From the NCBI GenBank assembly GCA_016721625.1, contig JADKHR010000001.1, positions 2,611,807 to 2,675,806 of the forward strand: a stretch of DNA of 64,000 nt. Direction: 5' to 3'. The notes under the pieces were generated by a model that saw only the letters and a list, made by a program, of their open reading frames with translations, ran no database searches and was not told where the DNA came from. This document shows, in pieces, positions 1-9,566 of this stretch (positions are counted from its first letter, which is position 1; each line of letters begins with the position of its first letter). The position numbers and the translations under genes were made by a program. Origin of the DNA: Elusimicrobiota bacterium. GTDB taxonomy: Bacteria > Elusimicrobiota > Elusimicrobia > FEN-1173.

Positions 1-1
1 G

Positions 2-143
2 GTCCCCCTGACTCTGGCGGAGGTTCAGGAAGTGAAGGACTCCTTCGTGAACACCTTGGTGGGCGTCTACCACACCCGCGTCCATTACCCCACCAGCCAG
101 GAAACCGACCTGGAACATCGTTCCCCGCCGCCGCGGGCCAAGT
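2..143 (+). CDS. 3' end of an upstream CDS running off the window start (partial, function unknown)
   Basis: Open frame from the window edge ending ...VGVYHTRVHYPTSQETDLEHRSPPPRAK with TGA at 141-143 overlapping the GTG start of ybeY (GTGA overlap, typical operon coupling); no recognisable motif. Confidence 0.3.
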
Positions 144-609
144 GAAAATCCTTTTCGCGGCTCGGGGGACCCCACCGGCGGGGGTGGAGAATCTCGCCCG
201 GCGGGCGGTTCGGCGAGTCTTTGCGGGTCGCCGCCCGGTGCCCCGGGGCGAAATGAATATCGTGTGGACCACGCGGGAAGACCTCCGCCGGATGAACCGG
301 CGGTTCCGCCGAACGGACCGGTTTACGGACGTCATCGCTTTCCGCCACGGACCTTCCGGCGTCATGGGCGAATTTCCTTTGGGCCCGCGGGGGGACGAGC
401 CTTTCGGGGATCTCTACATTGCCGTGGACCAAGCCCGGGTCAACGCCCGCCGGTTTGGTGTTTCGCCAGCGGAGGAGCTTGTCCGCCTGGTGGTGCACGG
501 AAGTTTGCATTTGTTGGGGTACACCGATTACGAACCCGCCGAAAAGGCCCGCATGTGGGCCGCTCAGGAACCCATCGTCCAATGCGTCGTGAAAAACGCC
601 TCCGTCTGA
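142..609 (+). CDS. ybeY: endoribonuclease YbeY (16S rRNA 3'-end maturation factor)
   Basis: 155-aa ORF with the YbeY metal-binding signature HGSLHLLGYTDYEP (H-x-x-x-H-x5-H); followed by CorC-family genes as in the conserved phoH-ybeY-corC neighbourhood. Confidence 0.85.
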   Translation: MKILFAARGTPPAGVENLARRAVRRVFAGRRPVPRGEMNIVWTTREDLRRMNRRFRRTDRFTDVIAFRHGPSGVMGEFPLGPRGDEPFGDLYIAVDQARVNARRFGVSPAEELVRLVVHGSLHLLGYTDYEPAEKARMWAAQEPIVQCVVKNASV

Positions 610-633
610 GTCCTTGGTCCACGTCCTGATCCC

Positions 634-1662
634 GTGATCCTTTTTCAAATCACCGTTCTCCTTCTCCTTCTCGGCTTCTCCGTTTACTTCTCCCTCATCG
701 AGGCGGCCATCACGACGTTGTCCGCTTTGCGGATGAAGAAGCTCTCTTTTTTCTCCCCGCGGCTGGCGCCGCTCTTTCAGGAATGGCTGGCCAACCCCCA
801 TCGGGTTCTCTCGGTTCTCATGGTGGGGAACACTCTGGTCAATATCAGTTTTTCTAGCCTGGCCGCGGTGGCGGCGGTCCCCTTGAACGATTATTTTTCC
901 AGGGCCACCGTGAGCTGGACGGTCTGGGGCGTGGTCACGATCTCCCTCGTGGTCTTTGGCGAGATCGTCCCGAAGATCATCGGACGCACCTACCGTGAGC
1001 GCGTGGCCGAGGCGACCTTGCCTTTCCTGAGCCGCGCCACCCGGGCGCTGTATTGGATCTGGGGTCCCGTGGGCTGGGCCATTGAAAAATGGGTCCCGGC
1101 CCTCCACCAAGCGCCCGTCAATCCGCTCACGGTCGTGAGCTTGGAAGAACTTCACCACGTGGTGGCCGAGTCTCAGTCCGCCGGGCACCTTCCCTTGGAT
1201 TCGGGAGACATGTTTCGTCGCGTGCTGGCCATGACCCAGCGGACCGCCGGGGAGGTCGCCCAACCCGCGGATCGTGTGGACGTCCTCGCGCTGGAGGTTT
1301 TGGACCGCCCGGACGGATGGAACCTGTTCGTGGATCTCTTGGTGGAAACGGGCCGGACGCGGGTTCCGGTGACGCGCGGGGGCCGTCCCGTCGGCTACGT
1401 GAACGTGATGGATTTTCTGGCGGCCGTCCGGTCCGGTCTCGCTCCGTCCGTGGAGGAGCGGATCCGTCCCCTCCGTTGGGTTCCGCCTGAAACCAAGGCC
1501 CTGGATCTCCTGGAACAATTTCGCGGTACGGGCGACGCGATCGCCCTGGTAGGAAACCCTGCGGCGGAAATGTCCGGATTGATCACGTTGGAGGATGTGT
1601 TGGAGGAAGTCGTGGGGGAGATATTGGACGAGTACGACCGGGAAGAGGCGGGAGCGTCGTGA
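634..1662 (+). CDS. CNNM/CorC-HlyC family membrane protein (DUF21 transmembrane domain + CBS pair), paralog 1
   Basis: N-terminal polytopic hydrophobic domain (MILFQITVLLLLLGFSVYFSLIEAAITTLSALRMKKL...) typical of DUF21, followed by CBS-like region and C-terminal LEDVLEEVVGEI (CorC_HlyC-like); stop overlaps next start. Confidence 0.8.
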   Translation: MILFQITVLLLLLGFSVYFSLIEAAITTLSALRMKKLSFFSPRLAPLFQEWLANPHRVLSVLMVGNTLVNISFSSLAAVAAVPLNDYFSRATVSWTVWGVVTISLVVFGEIVPKIIGRTYRERVAEATLPFLSRATRALYWIWGPVGWAIEKWVPALHQAPVNPLTVVSLEELHHVVAESQSAGHLPLDSGDMFRRVLAMTQRTAGEVAQPADRVDVLALEVLDRPDGWNLFVDLLVETGRTRVPVTRGGRPVGYVNVMDFLAAVRSGLAPSVEERIRPLRWVPPETKALDLLEQFRGTGDAIALVGNPAAEMSGLITLEDVLEEVVGEILDEYDREEAGAS

Positions 1663-2654
1663 CGGTTCTTTTGATCAAAGGCGGGTGCGCCCTGGTCCTT
1701 TTGGTCCTGAGTGCGGGGTTCTCTTTGGCCGAAACGTCCTTCATGAGCCTTTCCCGTTTGCAGTTGGCGCGGCTCGGCAGGGCGCGGCCGGGGCGTTTGG
1801 ACTTCTGGCAAAAGGATCCCGACCGCGCGCTGGCCGTCCTCCTCCTCATGAACAACGTGGTGAACGCGGGTCTGTCCGTCCTGTCCGTCTCCATGGCGCT
1901 GGACGCGGCGGCGTTCCTCCATATTCCGTTCCGCTGGGGCCGGGGGCTCTTCCCGCTGGCGAGCGGAGTCCTTCTGTTGTTATTGGGCGAAGTGGTCCCC
2001 AAAGTGGCGGCCCGGGCCCGCTCCGAATCTCTGGCGGTGGCGCTGGCCCCAGCGGTGAAGGTCCTGACGGATGTCTTAGGGCCCCTGATGCATGGATTGT
2101 TGGAAGGGGTGGAAATGTTGCTTTCCTGGCTCTCCCGAACGGTGCGCACGGATCGGGCCCAGTGGAATCAGGACGTGATCCGCGCTCTTTTGGACAACGC
2201 CCCCTTGGGGTCCCCCTTGCGCCGGGTTCTGAAGAACGTGGTCGGGTTCGCCCATACGCCTGTTTCGGCGGTCATGGTGCCTCGTTTGGAAATCGCCGCC
2301 GTGGACTTGCGGGCCGGGTTCGACGCCGTGATCGCCCGGATTTTGTCCTCGGGCTATTCCCGTCTTCCCGTCCATCGGGGGTCGATTGACGCCGTTGAAG
2401 GAATGGTCTATTCTAAGGACCTTCTGGCGCAATTGCGGAGCGGGCCGTTGATCGCTTTGGAAGATTTGGTGCGCCCCCTTCCGCGCGTTCCGCCGGACGC
2501 CCCCCTGTCCCGGCTCCTCCGCGACTTTCGCGCGGGCCATCACCACATGGCTCTTGTGGTGGAACCGGGGGGGAAAGTGTTGGGTCTCGTCACGCTTCAA
2601 GATACGCTGGAAGCCATCGTTGGAGAAATCGCCCAGGAACCCCGTCTCTTATGA
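1659..2654 (+). CDS. CNNM/CorC-HlyC family membrane protein (DUF21 + CBS pair + CorC_HlyC), paralog 2
   Basis: Same architecture as the preceding gene (SLAETSFMSLSRLQLARL... DUF21; C-terminal LQDTLEAIVGEI); start ATGA-overlaps upstream stop and its own stop overlaps mgtE start. Confidence 0.8.
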   Translation: MTVLLIKGGCALVLLVLSAGFSLAETSFMSLSRLQLARLGRARPGRLDFWQKDPDRALAVLLLMNNVVNAGLSVLSVSMALDAAAFLHIPFRWGRGLFPLASGVLLLLLGEVVPKVAARARSESLAVALAPAVKVLTDVLGPLMHGLLEGVEMLLSWLSRTVRTDRAQWNQDVIRALLDNAPLGSPLRRVLKNVVGFAHTPVSAVMVPRLEIAAVDLRAGFDAVIARILSSGYSRLPVHRGSIDAVEGMVYSKDLLAQLRSGPLIALEDLVRPLPRVPPDAPLSRLLRDFRAGHHHMALVVEPGGKVLGLVTLQDTLEAIVGEIAQEPRLL

Positions 2655-4033
2655 GCCCCCTTCATCCCTCCGCCCTCTTCGTTCCGGAAATCAAACAACT
2701 CCTGGCCCAAAAAGATTACAGGGAGTTGAAGCAGGACCTTCTGGAAATCAACCCTGCCGATCTGGCGGAGGGGTGGGACCGTTTCACCCCCTTTGAGCGG
2801 ATCGTGCTTTTTAAACTCCTGCCCATCGTCCGCGCCTCGGAACTGTTCGAGGAGTTGGACGTCCCGCAACAGGCGCACCTCTTCTCCGCGTTGGATCTGG
2901 GGGTTTTGGGCCCGATTTTGGAAGAGCTGGGGGCGGAGGCCGCGCAGGCCCTGTTCCACCGTTTGCCCGAGAGGACGGTGCGGCGCATGGCCACCATCGT
3001 GCGGCGAGCTCAGTCGGCGCGCGCGGAACGGGAATTGGTCTTCCCTCCCCACACGGCCGGTTCGCTCATGCACACGGATATTTTGAATCTGGGCCCCAAA
3101 CTGACGGCCCAGCAGGCGTTGGATTTGGTTCGCGCCTCCAGCCGCCTTCACCGCATGAGCGACCTTCACGTCCTTTACGTGACGGACGAGCAGGGCCGGC
3201 TCATGGGCGTGCTGACGCCGCGGTCGCTGATCGCGGCGCCGCGGGACATGCGGCTCTCCCAAATCATGGGTCCGGTGCAACTCATCAAGGTCCGCGCCGA
3301 CTTGGATCAGGAGGAGGCCGCGAAGGTCTTTTCGAAGTACAAGCTCCTGGCGGCCCCGGTGGTGGACCAGGACAACCGGCTCTTGGGCGTCCTGACCGTC
3401 GACGACATTCTCCACGTGATCAGCCAAGAAGCCACCGAGGACATCGCGAAGATGGCCGGAACCACGGCGGAAGAATTGGAAGACGCTTCCGCCGGCCGCG
3501 TGGCGCGGCTCCGGATGCCGTGGCTCATCATCACCTGCCTGGCCGAGGTGGGGGTGAGCGCCATCGTGCGGGGATTTGAGCACACGCTGGCCCAGGCCGT
3601 GGCCCTGGCCAGCTTCATGCCGTTGATCGCGGCCATGGGGGGGAACGTGGGCGCCCAGTCGTCGACTCTTTGCGTCCGCGGTCTGGCCACGGGCCACATC
3701 CAGCCCAGCCAATGGCGACGAATGGCCCTGCGGGAACTGCGCGCGGGGATCTACATGGGGTTGGGATACGGGTTCGCGGTGGGGCTGGCCGCCTCCGTCA
3801 TTTATTGGGGCCGCTTCGGCCTGGCGTTTCCCTTGGTGGTGGGCGTCGGGGTTCTCTTTTCCATGACCGTGGCTTCCACCATGGGGTCCGTGGAACCTTT
3901 CGTTCTCCACCATTTCAAAATGGATCCCGCCGTGGCCGTGGGGCCTCTGGTCAGCACCATGACCGACCTCCTGAGCGTGACCGCCTATCTTTCTCTCGCC
4001 ACCGCCGCCCTCTCTCTGGGATGGCTCCGCTGA
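2651..4033 (+). CDS. mgtE: magnesium transporter MgtE
   Basis: 460-aa ORF with MgtE N-domain, CBS pair and C-terminal 5-TM MgtE channel domain (…MPLIAAMGGNVGAQSSTL…); family-level recognition of the motifs. Confidence 0.85.
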   Translation: MSPLHPSALFVPEIKQLLAQKDYRELKQDLLEINPADLAEGWDRFTPFERIVLFKLLPIVRASELFEELDVPQQAHLFSALDLGVLGPILEELGAEAAQALFHRLPERTVRRMATIVRRAQSARAERELVFPPHTAGSLMHTDILNLGPKLTAQQALDLVRASSRLHRMSDLHVLYVTDEQGRLMGVLTPRSLIAAPRDMRLSQIMGPVQLIKVRADLDQEEAAKVFSKYKLLAAPVVDQDNRLLGVLTVDDILHVISQEATEDIAKMAGTTAEELEDASAGRVARLRMPWLIITCLAEVGVSAIVRGFEHTLAQAVALASFMPLIAAMGGNVGAQSSTLCVRGLATGHIQPSQWRRMALRELRAGIYMGLGYGFAVGLAASVIYWGRFGLAFPLVVGVGVLFSMTVASTMGSVEPFVLHHFKMDPAVAVGPLVSTMTDLLSVTAYLSLATAALSLGWLR

Positions 4034-4040
4034 TCGCCTC

Positions 4041-4680
4041 ATGCAGGTGAACGTGGAGGCGGTGGTTTTGGCGTCGGAGGCCCTGTCCGAGAAAGACAAG
4101 CGCTTGACTCTTTTTACGCGGGAACGGGGCCGGTTGTACGCCCGGGCCTCGGGCGCTCTCCGTCCCGGGGCCAAACTGGCGGCCGCCACGGAACCCGGGG
4201 TTCGGGCGCATCTTCGGCTTTGGTTGCCGGAAGGGGCGGCGGGCGGGGCGGGTGACGGGCGGCGGCCTGGTGGACGGCCATCCGAAACTCCGGGCGGAAT
4301 GGGTCCGGCTGACCTCGGCGCTTTTTTTCTGCGAATGGACGGACCGCCTCACCCCGCTCCTTCACCCGTCCCCGGAAAAGTTCGATCTCCTGGCGCTGGC
4401 CCTGGTCGCTCTGGAAAATCACGAAACGGCCATGGTCCGGGGGGCCTTTCTGGCCCAGTTCGCCCGGCTGGCCGGGTATGGGCCGATCCCGGGGGTCCGG
4501 GCGGAAGTTTTGGACGCGTGGGATTTCGTTGAACCGCTTGCGGCGCCGGAGGCTCACAAGGTGGAGCGGCAAGTGATACAATTCTTCGCGCCTCTTCTGA
4601 ATCGGCCTTTGAAAACGCTGGTTCAGGGGCGGGCTCTTCAACGCTTTCTCGATAAACCGCGAGTGGGACAACGCCGATGA
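4041..4680 (+). CDS. recO: DNA repair protein RecO; reading frame interrupted (frame change around 4235-4255 in a G-rich run)
   Basis: N-terminal OB-fold part ([38 protein letters not shown]…LRLWLPEG) is in one frame (ORF 4041..4532, which then runs into G/P-rich nonsense), and the RecO helical part (…[30 protein letters not shown]… to 4680) is in the frame of ORF 4252..4680; the junction lies in ggggcggcgggcggggcggg. Confidence 0.6.
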
Positions 4681-5537
4681 TTTTTCAAGACATCATTCTT
4701 TCGCTCCATAAATTTTGGGCCAAACAGGGCTGTCTGTTGTGGCAACCCTACGACATCGAAAAAGGGGCCGGCACTTTTAACCCGGCGACCTTTCTCCGAT
4801 GTTTGGGGCCGAAACCCTGGGCGGTGTCCTACGTGGAACCTTCCCGCCGTCCGACCGACGGCCGTTACGGTGAAAACCCCAACCGCCTCCAGCACTACTA
4901 TCAATATCAGGTGCTCATGAAACCCGCCCCCGCCGGCATCCAGGACCTTTATCTTGCTTCTCTGAAAGCCATCGGGATCGACCCCAAACGCCACGACATC
5001 CGGTTCGTTGAAGACGATTGGGAATCCCCCACCCTGGGGGCCTGGGGGTTGGGTTGGGAAGTTTGGTTGGACGGCATGGAGATCACGCAGTTCACCTATT
5101 TCCAACAGGTGGGCGGGATCAACCTGAACCCCATTTCCGTTGAGCTGACCTACGGCTTGGAACGGCTGGCCATGTATTCCCAAAAGAAAAACAGCGTCTA
5201 CGACGTTCTCTGGACCGCCGACACCACCTACGGGCAGGTTCATCTGGAGGATGAAAAGCAATTCTCCCGCTACAATTTTGAGGAGGCGGACGTGGAAAAA
5301 CTGCGTCGGCACTTCGATGATTGGGAAGGGGAAGCTAAACGCCTGGTGGAGAAGGGGTTGGTTTTGCCCGCCTACGACGCGGTCATGAAATGTTCCCACC
5401 TCTTTAATTTGCTCGATGCCCGTCGCGCGATTTCGGTGACGGAACGGGTGACCTACATCGGTCGTGTGCGCGGATTGGCCCGCCGCGCGGCGGAATCCTA
5501 TCTCAAAGCCGATTCTCCCGCAGAGGCGGTTTCATGA
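4677..5537 (+). CDS. glyQ: glycine--tRNA ligase alpha subunit
   Basis: 286-aa [44 protein letters not shown]… is a textbook GlyQ; ATGA overlap with recO stop and with glyS start. Confidence 0.95.
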   Translation: MIFQDIILSLHKFWAKQGCLLWQPYDIEKGAGTFNPATFLRCLGPKPWAVSYVEPSRRPTDGRYGENPNRLQHYYQYQVLMKPAPAGIQDLYLASLKAIGIDPKRHDIRFVEDDWESPTLGAWGLGWEVWLDGMEITQFTYFQQVGGINLNPISVELTYGLERLAMYSQKKNSVYDVLWTADTTYGQVHLEDEKQFSRYNFEEADVEKLRRHFDDWEGEAKRLVEKGLVLPAYDAVMKCSHLFNLLDARRAISVTERVTYIGRVRGLARRAAESYLKADSPAEAVS

Positions 5538-7651
5538 AGGACCTGCTCCTGGAAATCGGGACCGAGGAAATTCCCGCGCGGTTCCTTCCCGCCGCCTTAA
5601 GCGGGCTTCATTCCTCGGGCCAGGCCGCGTTGGAGAAGGCCGGTTTGTCGTTTAAGGGATCGCAGGTCTATGGGACGCCCCGTCGGCTGGCTCTGGTGGT
5701 CGAGGGGTTGGTCGACAAAGCCCGGGACCAGGAACAGGAGTTTTTAGGTCCCGCCCTGGCCCAGGCCAAGGACGCGGGGGGGAACTGGACCCCGGCCGCC
5801 CAGGGGTTTGCCCGTTCCCAGGGCACGACGCCGGAAAAATTGGATGTCCGGGAAACGGACCGGGGCGCCCGCCTTGTTTTTCTGAAACGGACCCCCGGGG
5901 CCGCGGCGGAAAAAATTCTTCCCGCGTTGCTCCCCGAACTGATTCGGTCCCTCACGTTTCCCAAAGGCATGGTGTGGGAAGAAAGCCACTTGCTCTTTGT
6001 TCGGCCCATCCGATGGATCGTGGCTTTGTACGGAGCGAAACCGGTGGCGTTCACTCTGGCCGGGGTGAAGTCGGGGCGCCGGACTTGCGGGCTCCGCTTC
6101 CAGACCCGGAAACCCTTTGACGTCCCGGCGCCCAGCCGGTACGCGGCGGTCCTAAAGAACCACTGCGTGATCGTGGATCCCGAGGAGAGGAAAGACCTCA
6201 TCCTGAAACAAATCCACCAGGTGGCCAAAAGCCATCACGGGCACGTGCCGGTGGAGGAATACCGGGAACTCCTGGAGGAAGTCACTCATTTGGTCGAACA
6301 TCCCGTCGCGGTGTTGGGAAAGTTCGATCCGCGTTTCCTAGCGGTCCCCAAAGAAGTGCTGATCACCTCGATGAAAAAGCATCAGAAATATTTCCCGGTG
6401 TTTAAAGACGCGACCCGCCAGGTGTTGCTCCCGCATTTCATCGCCGTGCGGAACGGTTTTTCGGACAACCAATCCGTCGTCCGGGAGGGCTACGAGCGCG
6501 TCTTGTCCGCGCGGTTGTCGGACGCGGCCTTTTTCTTCGAAGAACATTCCCGCCAAACCTTGGCGAGTCGGGTGCCGGACCTCCGGGGGGTCGCGTTCCT
6601 GTCTCCGTCTCTCAGTTTGGCCGACAAAACCGAACGGGTCCAGCGCCTCACGGACCGTCTCTGCTTGGAGGTTCTTCGGACTTCGTCCGCTGTTCAGGCG
6701 GCCGCTTCTCGCGTGGCCCTCCTGGCCAAAGCCGATCTGACGACGGGCCTGGTGGGGGAATTTCCGGAACTGCAGGGGATCGTGGGGCGGCTCTACGCCG
6801 AGAAAGACGGCGAACCGTTGGAGGTCTCGCGGGGGATCGAAGAACACTATTGGCCGCTCACCGCCGACGGTCCCTTGCCGAGCGAGGAATCGTCGGCCTT
6901 GGTCTCTCTGGCGGATAAAATCGATACGTTGGCGGGAAACTTTCTCGCCGGCAAAATCCCATCGGGTTCCCAGGATCCCTATGGGCTCCGCCGGGCGGCC
7001 GTGGGCGTTCTCCGGCTGATCGAGTCCCGAGGCTGGGGCGTTCGTCTGACGGACCTGATGGCGGGAGCCCTGGACCTTCTTCCGACCGATCTGGGCGACC
7101 GTCCTCGGGCGGCGCGGGCCTTGGCCGACTTTTTTCAACAACGATGGGGTGCCTTGGCCGAAGCCAGGGGGTTCCGTTCGGACGAGATCGACGCCGCGGC
7201 CGCCGCGGGGTTCGAGGACGTGGTCGACGTCTGGGCCCGTCTCTCCGCCATTCAAGGCGTCCGCCGAAACCCCGATTTCGCGCCCCTCTCCATCGCCTTC
7301 AAACGGGCCGCTAACCTATTGAAGCAAGCGGAAAAGAAAGGGGAGTCTTTGACGGGGCCGGTGCGAAAAGACCTTTTTCGAACCGAGGCGGAAAGGGCCC
7401 TGGGATCGCGCCTGGCGGAAATTCAAAACGAGGTCGAGCCGTTCCTGGCCGCCCGCGACTATCCGAAGGTTTTGGCTCGGTTGGTATCCCTGAGGGGGCC
7501 CGTCGACGCTTTCTTTCTTTCCGTCGTGGTGATGGACCCGGACCCCGACCTCCGGCGAAATCGTTTGGCCCTCCTGGCCGGGGTTCGGTCCCTCTTCGGC
7601 CGGGTGGCCGATTTTTCCCGGCTTCAGGACACGCCGTCCGCCTCCGCCTAG
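5534..7651 (+). CDS. glyS: glycine--tRNA ligase beta subunit
   Basis: 705-aa ORF immediately after glyQ with overlapping start; N-terminal [19 protein letters not shown]… is characteristic of GlyS. Confidence 0.9.
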   Translation: MKDLLLEIGTEEIPARFLPAALSGLHSSGQAALEKAGLSFKGSQVYGTPRRLALVVEGLVDKARDQEQEFLGPALAQAKDAGGNWTPAAQGFARSQGTTPEKLDVRETDRGARLVFLKRTPGAAAEKILPALLPELIRSLTFPKGMVWEESHLLFVRPIRWIVALYGAKPVAFTLAGVKSGRRTCGLRFQTRKPFDVPAPSRYAAVLKNHCVIVDPEERKDLILKQIHQVAKSHHGHVPVEEYRELLEEVTHLVEHPVAVLGKFDPRFLAVPKEVLITSMKKHQKYFPVFKDATRQVLLPHFIAVRNGFSDNQSVVREGYERVLSARLSDAAFFFEEHSRQTLASRVPDLRGVAFLSPSLSLADKTERVQRLTDRLCLEVLRTSSAVQAAASRVALLAKADLTTGLVGEFPELQGIVGRLYAEKDGEPLEVSRGIEEHYWPLTADGPLPSEESSALVSLADKIDTLAGNFLAGKIPSGSQDPYGLRRAAVGVLRLIESRGWGVRLTDLMAGALDLLPTDLGDRPRAARALADFFQQRWGALAEARGFRSDEIDAAAAAGFEDVVDVWARLSAIQGVRRNPDFAPLSIAFKRAANLLKQAEKKGESLTGPVRKDLFRTEAERALGSRLAEIQNEVEPFLAARDYPKVLARLVSLRGPVDAFFLSVVVMDPDPDLRRNRLALLAGVRSLFGRVADFSRLQDTPSASA

Positions 7652-7900
7652 ATGATCGCGGCTGGTTTCACGTTGGCGGTGGTGGCCCTTTTTTTTCTGG
7701 CCCGTGGATTCGCGCGGGGGCTCGATGGAACCGATCGGCCTCGTTTCGTCCACGAAACGCCCCTCTGGCCGAAGGACCTCGCGCCCGTGGTTAAATCGGT
7801 GGACCGATGGCGGGACGAGGGACGTTTGACAGGGGAAGAACACGAGAAGTTGAGGTGGCTTCTGCGGGAAGACGCGGACCGAATCAGCCCCCGCCCTTGA
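7652..7900 (+). CDS. small membrane-anchored protein with SHOCT-like C-terminal helix (hypothetical)
   Basis: 82-aa ORF whose ATG directly abuts the glyS stop (TAGATG); N-terminal TM helix MIAAGFTLAVVALFFLARGF and C-terminal RLTGEEHEKLRWLLRED resembling the short SHOCT oligomerisation motif; no other support. Confidence 0.3.
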   Translation: MIAAGFTLAVVALFFLARGFARGLDGTDRPRFVHETPLWPKDLAPVVKSVDRWRDEGRLTGEEHEKLRWLLREDADRISPRP

Positions 7901-7925
7901 CAGCCCCGCGTTTTTGGATTATAAA
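7897..7925 (+). promoter_or_regulatory. near-consensus sigma70-type promoter (TTGACA-17 bp-TATAAA) upstream of the LysM gene
   Basis: ttgaca at 7897-7902, 17-nt spacer, tataaa at 7920-7925; a second TATATAAG-like box follows at ~7938; about 90 nt upstream of the 8020 start. Confidence 0.45.
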
Positions 7926-8019
7926 GGGACCGGTGTTATATAAGAGAGGAATGTTGCCCGCTCATCCGGTCCGCCGAGAACATTTCCGGAGAATCATCCC
8001 TCTTCATCAGGAGGCCTTC

Positions 8020-9099
8020 ATGAAATTCGCATCTGTGCTTGCCCTGTTGGTGGCTCTCACTCCGCTTTCGCGGGCCGCGGAATTTAATCAGGAAGACGCG
8101 ACTCTGCCCTCAGCAGAGGCTCCATCCGCGGAAAACGTCAAAGCTTCCGAGCCGTCCACAGGTGGACCTGTGGAAGCTTCGGTGCCGACCACCAACGTGA
8201 CCCTGGCGGCCCCGGAGACCGTTCCGGAGGCGACCGTGACTCCCGTCGCGCAAGAAACCCCGTCCGAGCCGCCCGCTGTCGTGGCGCCGAGCGGGGCTTC
8301 CCACCGGGTGGTGAAGGGAGACACGCTGTGGGATTTGGCGGGCTCTTACCTCAAGAATCCGTACCTTTGGCCGAAAATTGTTGAGGCCAACAAGGGACGG
8401 ATTGAGAATCCCGATCTTATTTTCCCGGACCAAGATTTCATCATCCCGTCGGTCGAAGCGGCCGAAAACCTGGCGGTGGCGCCGGTTCCCGAAACCCCGG
8501 CGGAAACTCCCCAGGAAGCTCCGACCGCCTCTCCGGAGGTCGCCGCGGAAGCCGTGGCCCCCGTCCCCGAACCGGAGGCGGAGGTGAAAGCCCCGGCCCA
8601 GGCGGAGGACATGGACGCGGCACCAGCCCCTGCCAAAAAGACAGTGGAGTCCGTGGAGGACGTGGCGGAGACCCCGCCGGAGCCCGGGATCAATGAAACG
8701 AGCGACGAACGGGAAGCCAAACGGAAAAACAAACAGGCGGTTCCCGGAGCCGGGTTCATGGGCGGAATGGCGGATTCTTTTGTCGCCGACGAGAACTGGG
8801 AATATGACGGGTACGTCCTTCGGGACCGAGATCAACGGATGATGATTTCCCAGGGAGATGTGGTGTTCTTAAACATCGGCGCGGCGTCGGGAGTTAAACC
8901 GAAAATGTCGGCCCATGTCTACCGCGTGGGAAAACGGGTTCAGGACCCCTTCTTAAAGAAGAAGACCGGGCGGATGGTCAAGCGCGTAGGGACCGTTATC
9001 GTGACCGGGCAGATTACCGAGGAGGGCTGTACGGCCGTGGTGACCAACAGCCTGGAGCCGATCCGCGTGGGAGATATTGTCAAATTCGCGTCGCGCTGA
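8020..9099 (+). CDS. secreted LysM peptidoglycan-binding domain protein with Pro/Ala/Glu-rich low-complexity linkers
   Basis: Signal-peptide-like start MKFASVLALLVALTPLSRAAEF (the listed ORF 7807..9099 has no RBS-supported earlier start); LysM motif HRVVKGDTLWDLAGSYLKNPYLWPKIVEANK…DLIFPDQDFIIP; long PEPE/APA-rich segments. Confidence 0.75.
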   Translation: MKFASVLALLVALTPLSRAAEFNQEDATLPSAEAPSAENVKASEPSTGGPVEASVPTTNVTLAAPETVPEATVTPVAQETPSEPPAVVAPSGASHRVVKGDTLWDLAGSYLKNPYLWPKIVEANKGRIENPDLIFPDQDFIIPSVEAAENLAVAPVPETPAETPQEAPTASPEVAAEAVAPVPEPEAEVKAPAQAEDMDAAPAPAKKTVESVEDVAETPPEPGINETSDEREAKRKNKQAVPGAGFMGGMADSFVADENWEYDGYVLRDRDQRMMISQGDVVFLNIGAASGVKPKMSAHVYRVGKRVQDPFLKKKTGRMVKRVGTVIVTGQITEEGCTAVVTNSLEPIRVGDIVKFASR

Positions 9100-9117
9100 T
9101 GCCATAAACGGAGTCCA

Positions 9118-9504
9118 ATGAAACGCGGGTTTCTTTTTTTCTGTTTTTGTGTCTTGTCCTTTTTCTATGGGTGGAACCAGCTGATCACCCACGATGGGCT
9201 TGGTCTTTACGTTGAACAGCACCCGGAAACCTGGGCGGGGGATAGCATTCTCTACGGGCTTGGAAGTTTCCACGAACTCATCAACCAAGATCGAAAAGCC
9301 TTGCGGATGTACGAACGGGTGGTTAAGTTGTATCCCGATTCTCCCCGCGGGGATGTGGCGCAATTCGGCGTGGCCTCCTCCTGCGAGCGCCTGAAGGAAC
9401 GCCAGCGGTCCATGAAGGAATATGAACTCTATAAAGAGAAATACCCGAAGGGCCGGTATATCGTGTCGGTTTCCAGAAACATTGAAGTGTTGAAGGGTTT
9501 TTAG
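9118..9504 (+). CDS. small secreted TPR-like protein (hypothetical); visibly lower G+C than neighbours
   Basis: 128-aa ORF with hydrophobic N-terminus MKRGFLFFCFCVLSFFYGW and helical repeat-like remainder (RMYERVVKLYPDSPRGDVAQFGVASSCERL); AT-richer codon usage than flanking genes. Confidence 0.45.
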   Translation: MKRGFLFFCFCVLSFFYGWNQLITHDGLGLYVEQHPETWAGDSILYGLGSFHELINQDRKALRMYERVVKLYPDSPRGDVAQFGVASSCERLKERQRSMKEYELYKEKYPKGRYIVSVSRNIEVLKGF

Positions 9505-9566
9505 CGAGCCCCTGTCCAGGGGTTCTCACGCGCTTTCGGAAAATCCTCGATCCCGTCCCTCTCCTG

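Noticed and set aside
85-1518. 477-aa ORF on the - strand
   Set aside because: Lies antisense to ybeY and the first CorC-family gene; composition is the Arg/Gly/Pro-rich pattern typical of out-of-frame GC-rich DNA; no motif; overlapping genes are clearly real.
2597-4189. 530-aa - strand ORF
   Set aside because: Antisense to mgtE, which is unambiguous; low-complexity R/G/H/P-rich translation.
4260-4532. Gly/Pro/Arg-rich tail of ORF 4041..4532 (…[18 protein letters not shown]…)
   Set aside because: Out-of-frame continuation after the recO frame change; the RecO helical domain is recovered in the other frame.
8110-8835. 241-aa - strand ORF inside the LysM gene
   Set aside because: Antisense of the Pro/Ala/Glu-rich repeat region gives an open Arg/Gly-rich frame; artefact of low-complexity GC-rich repeats.
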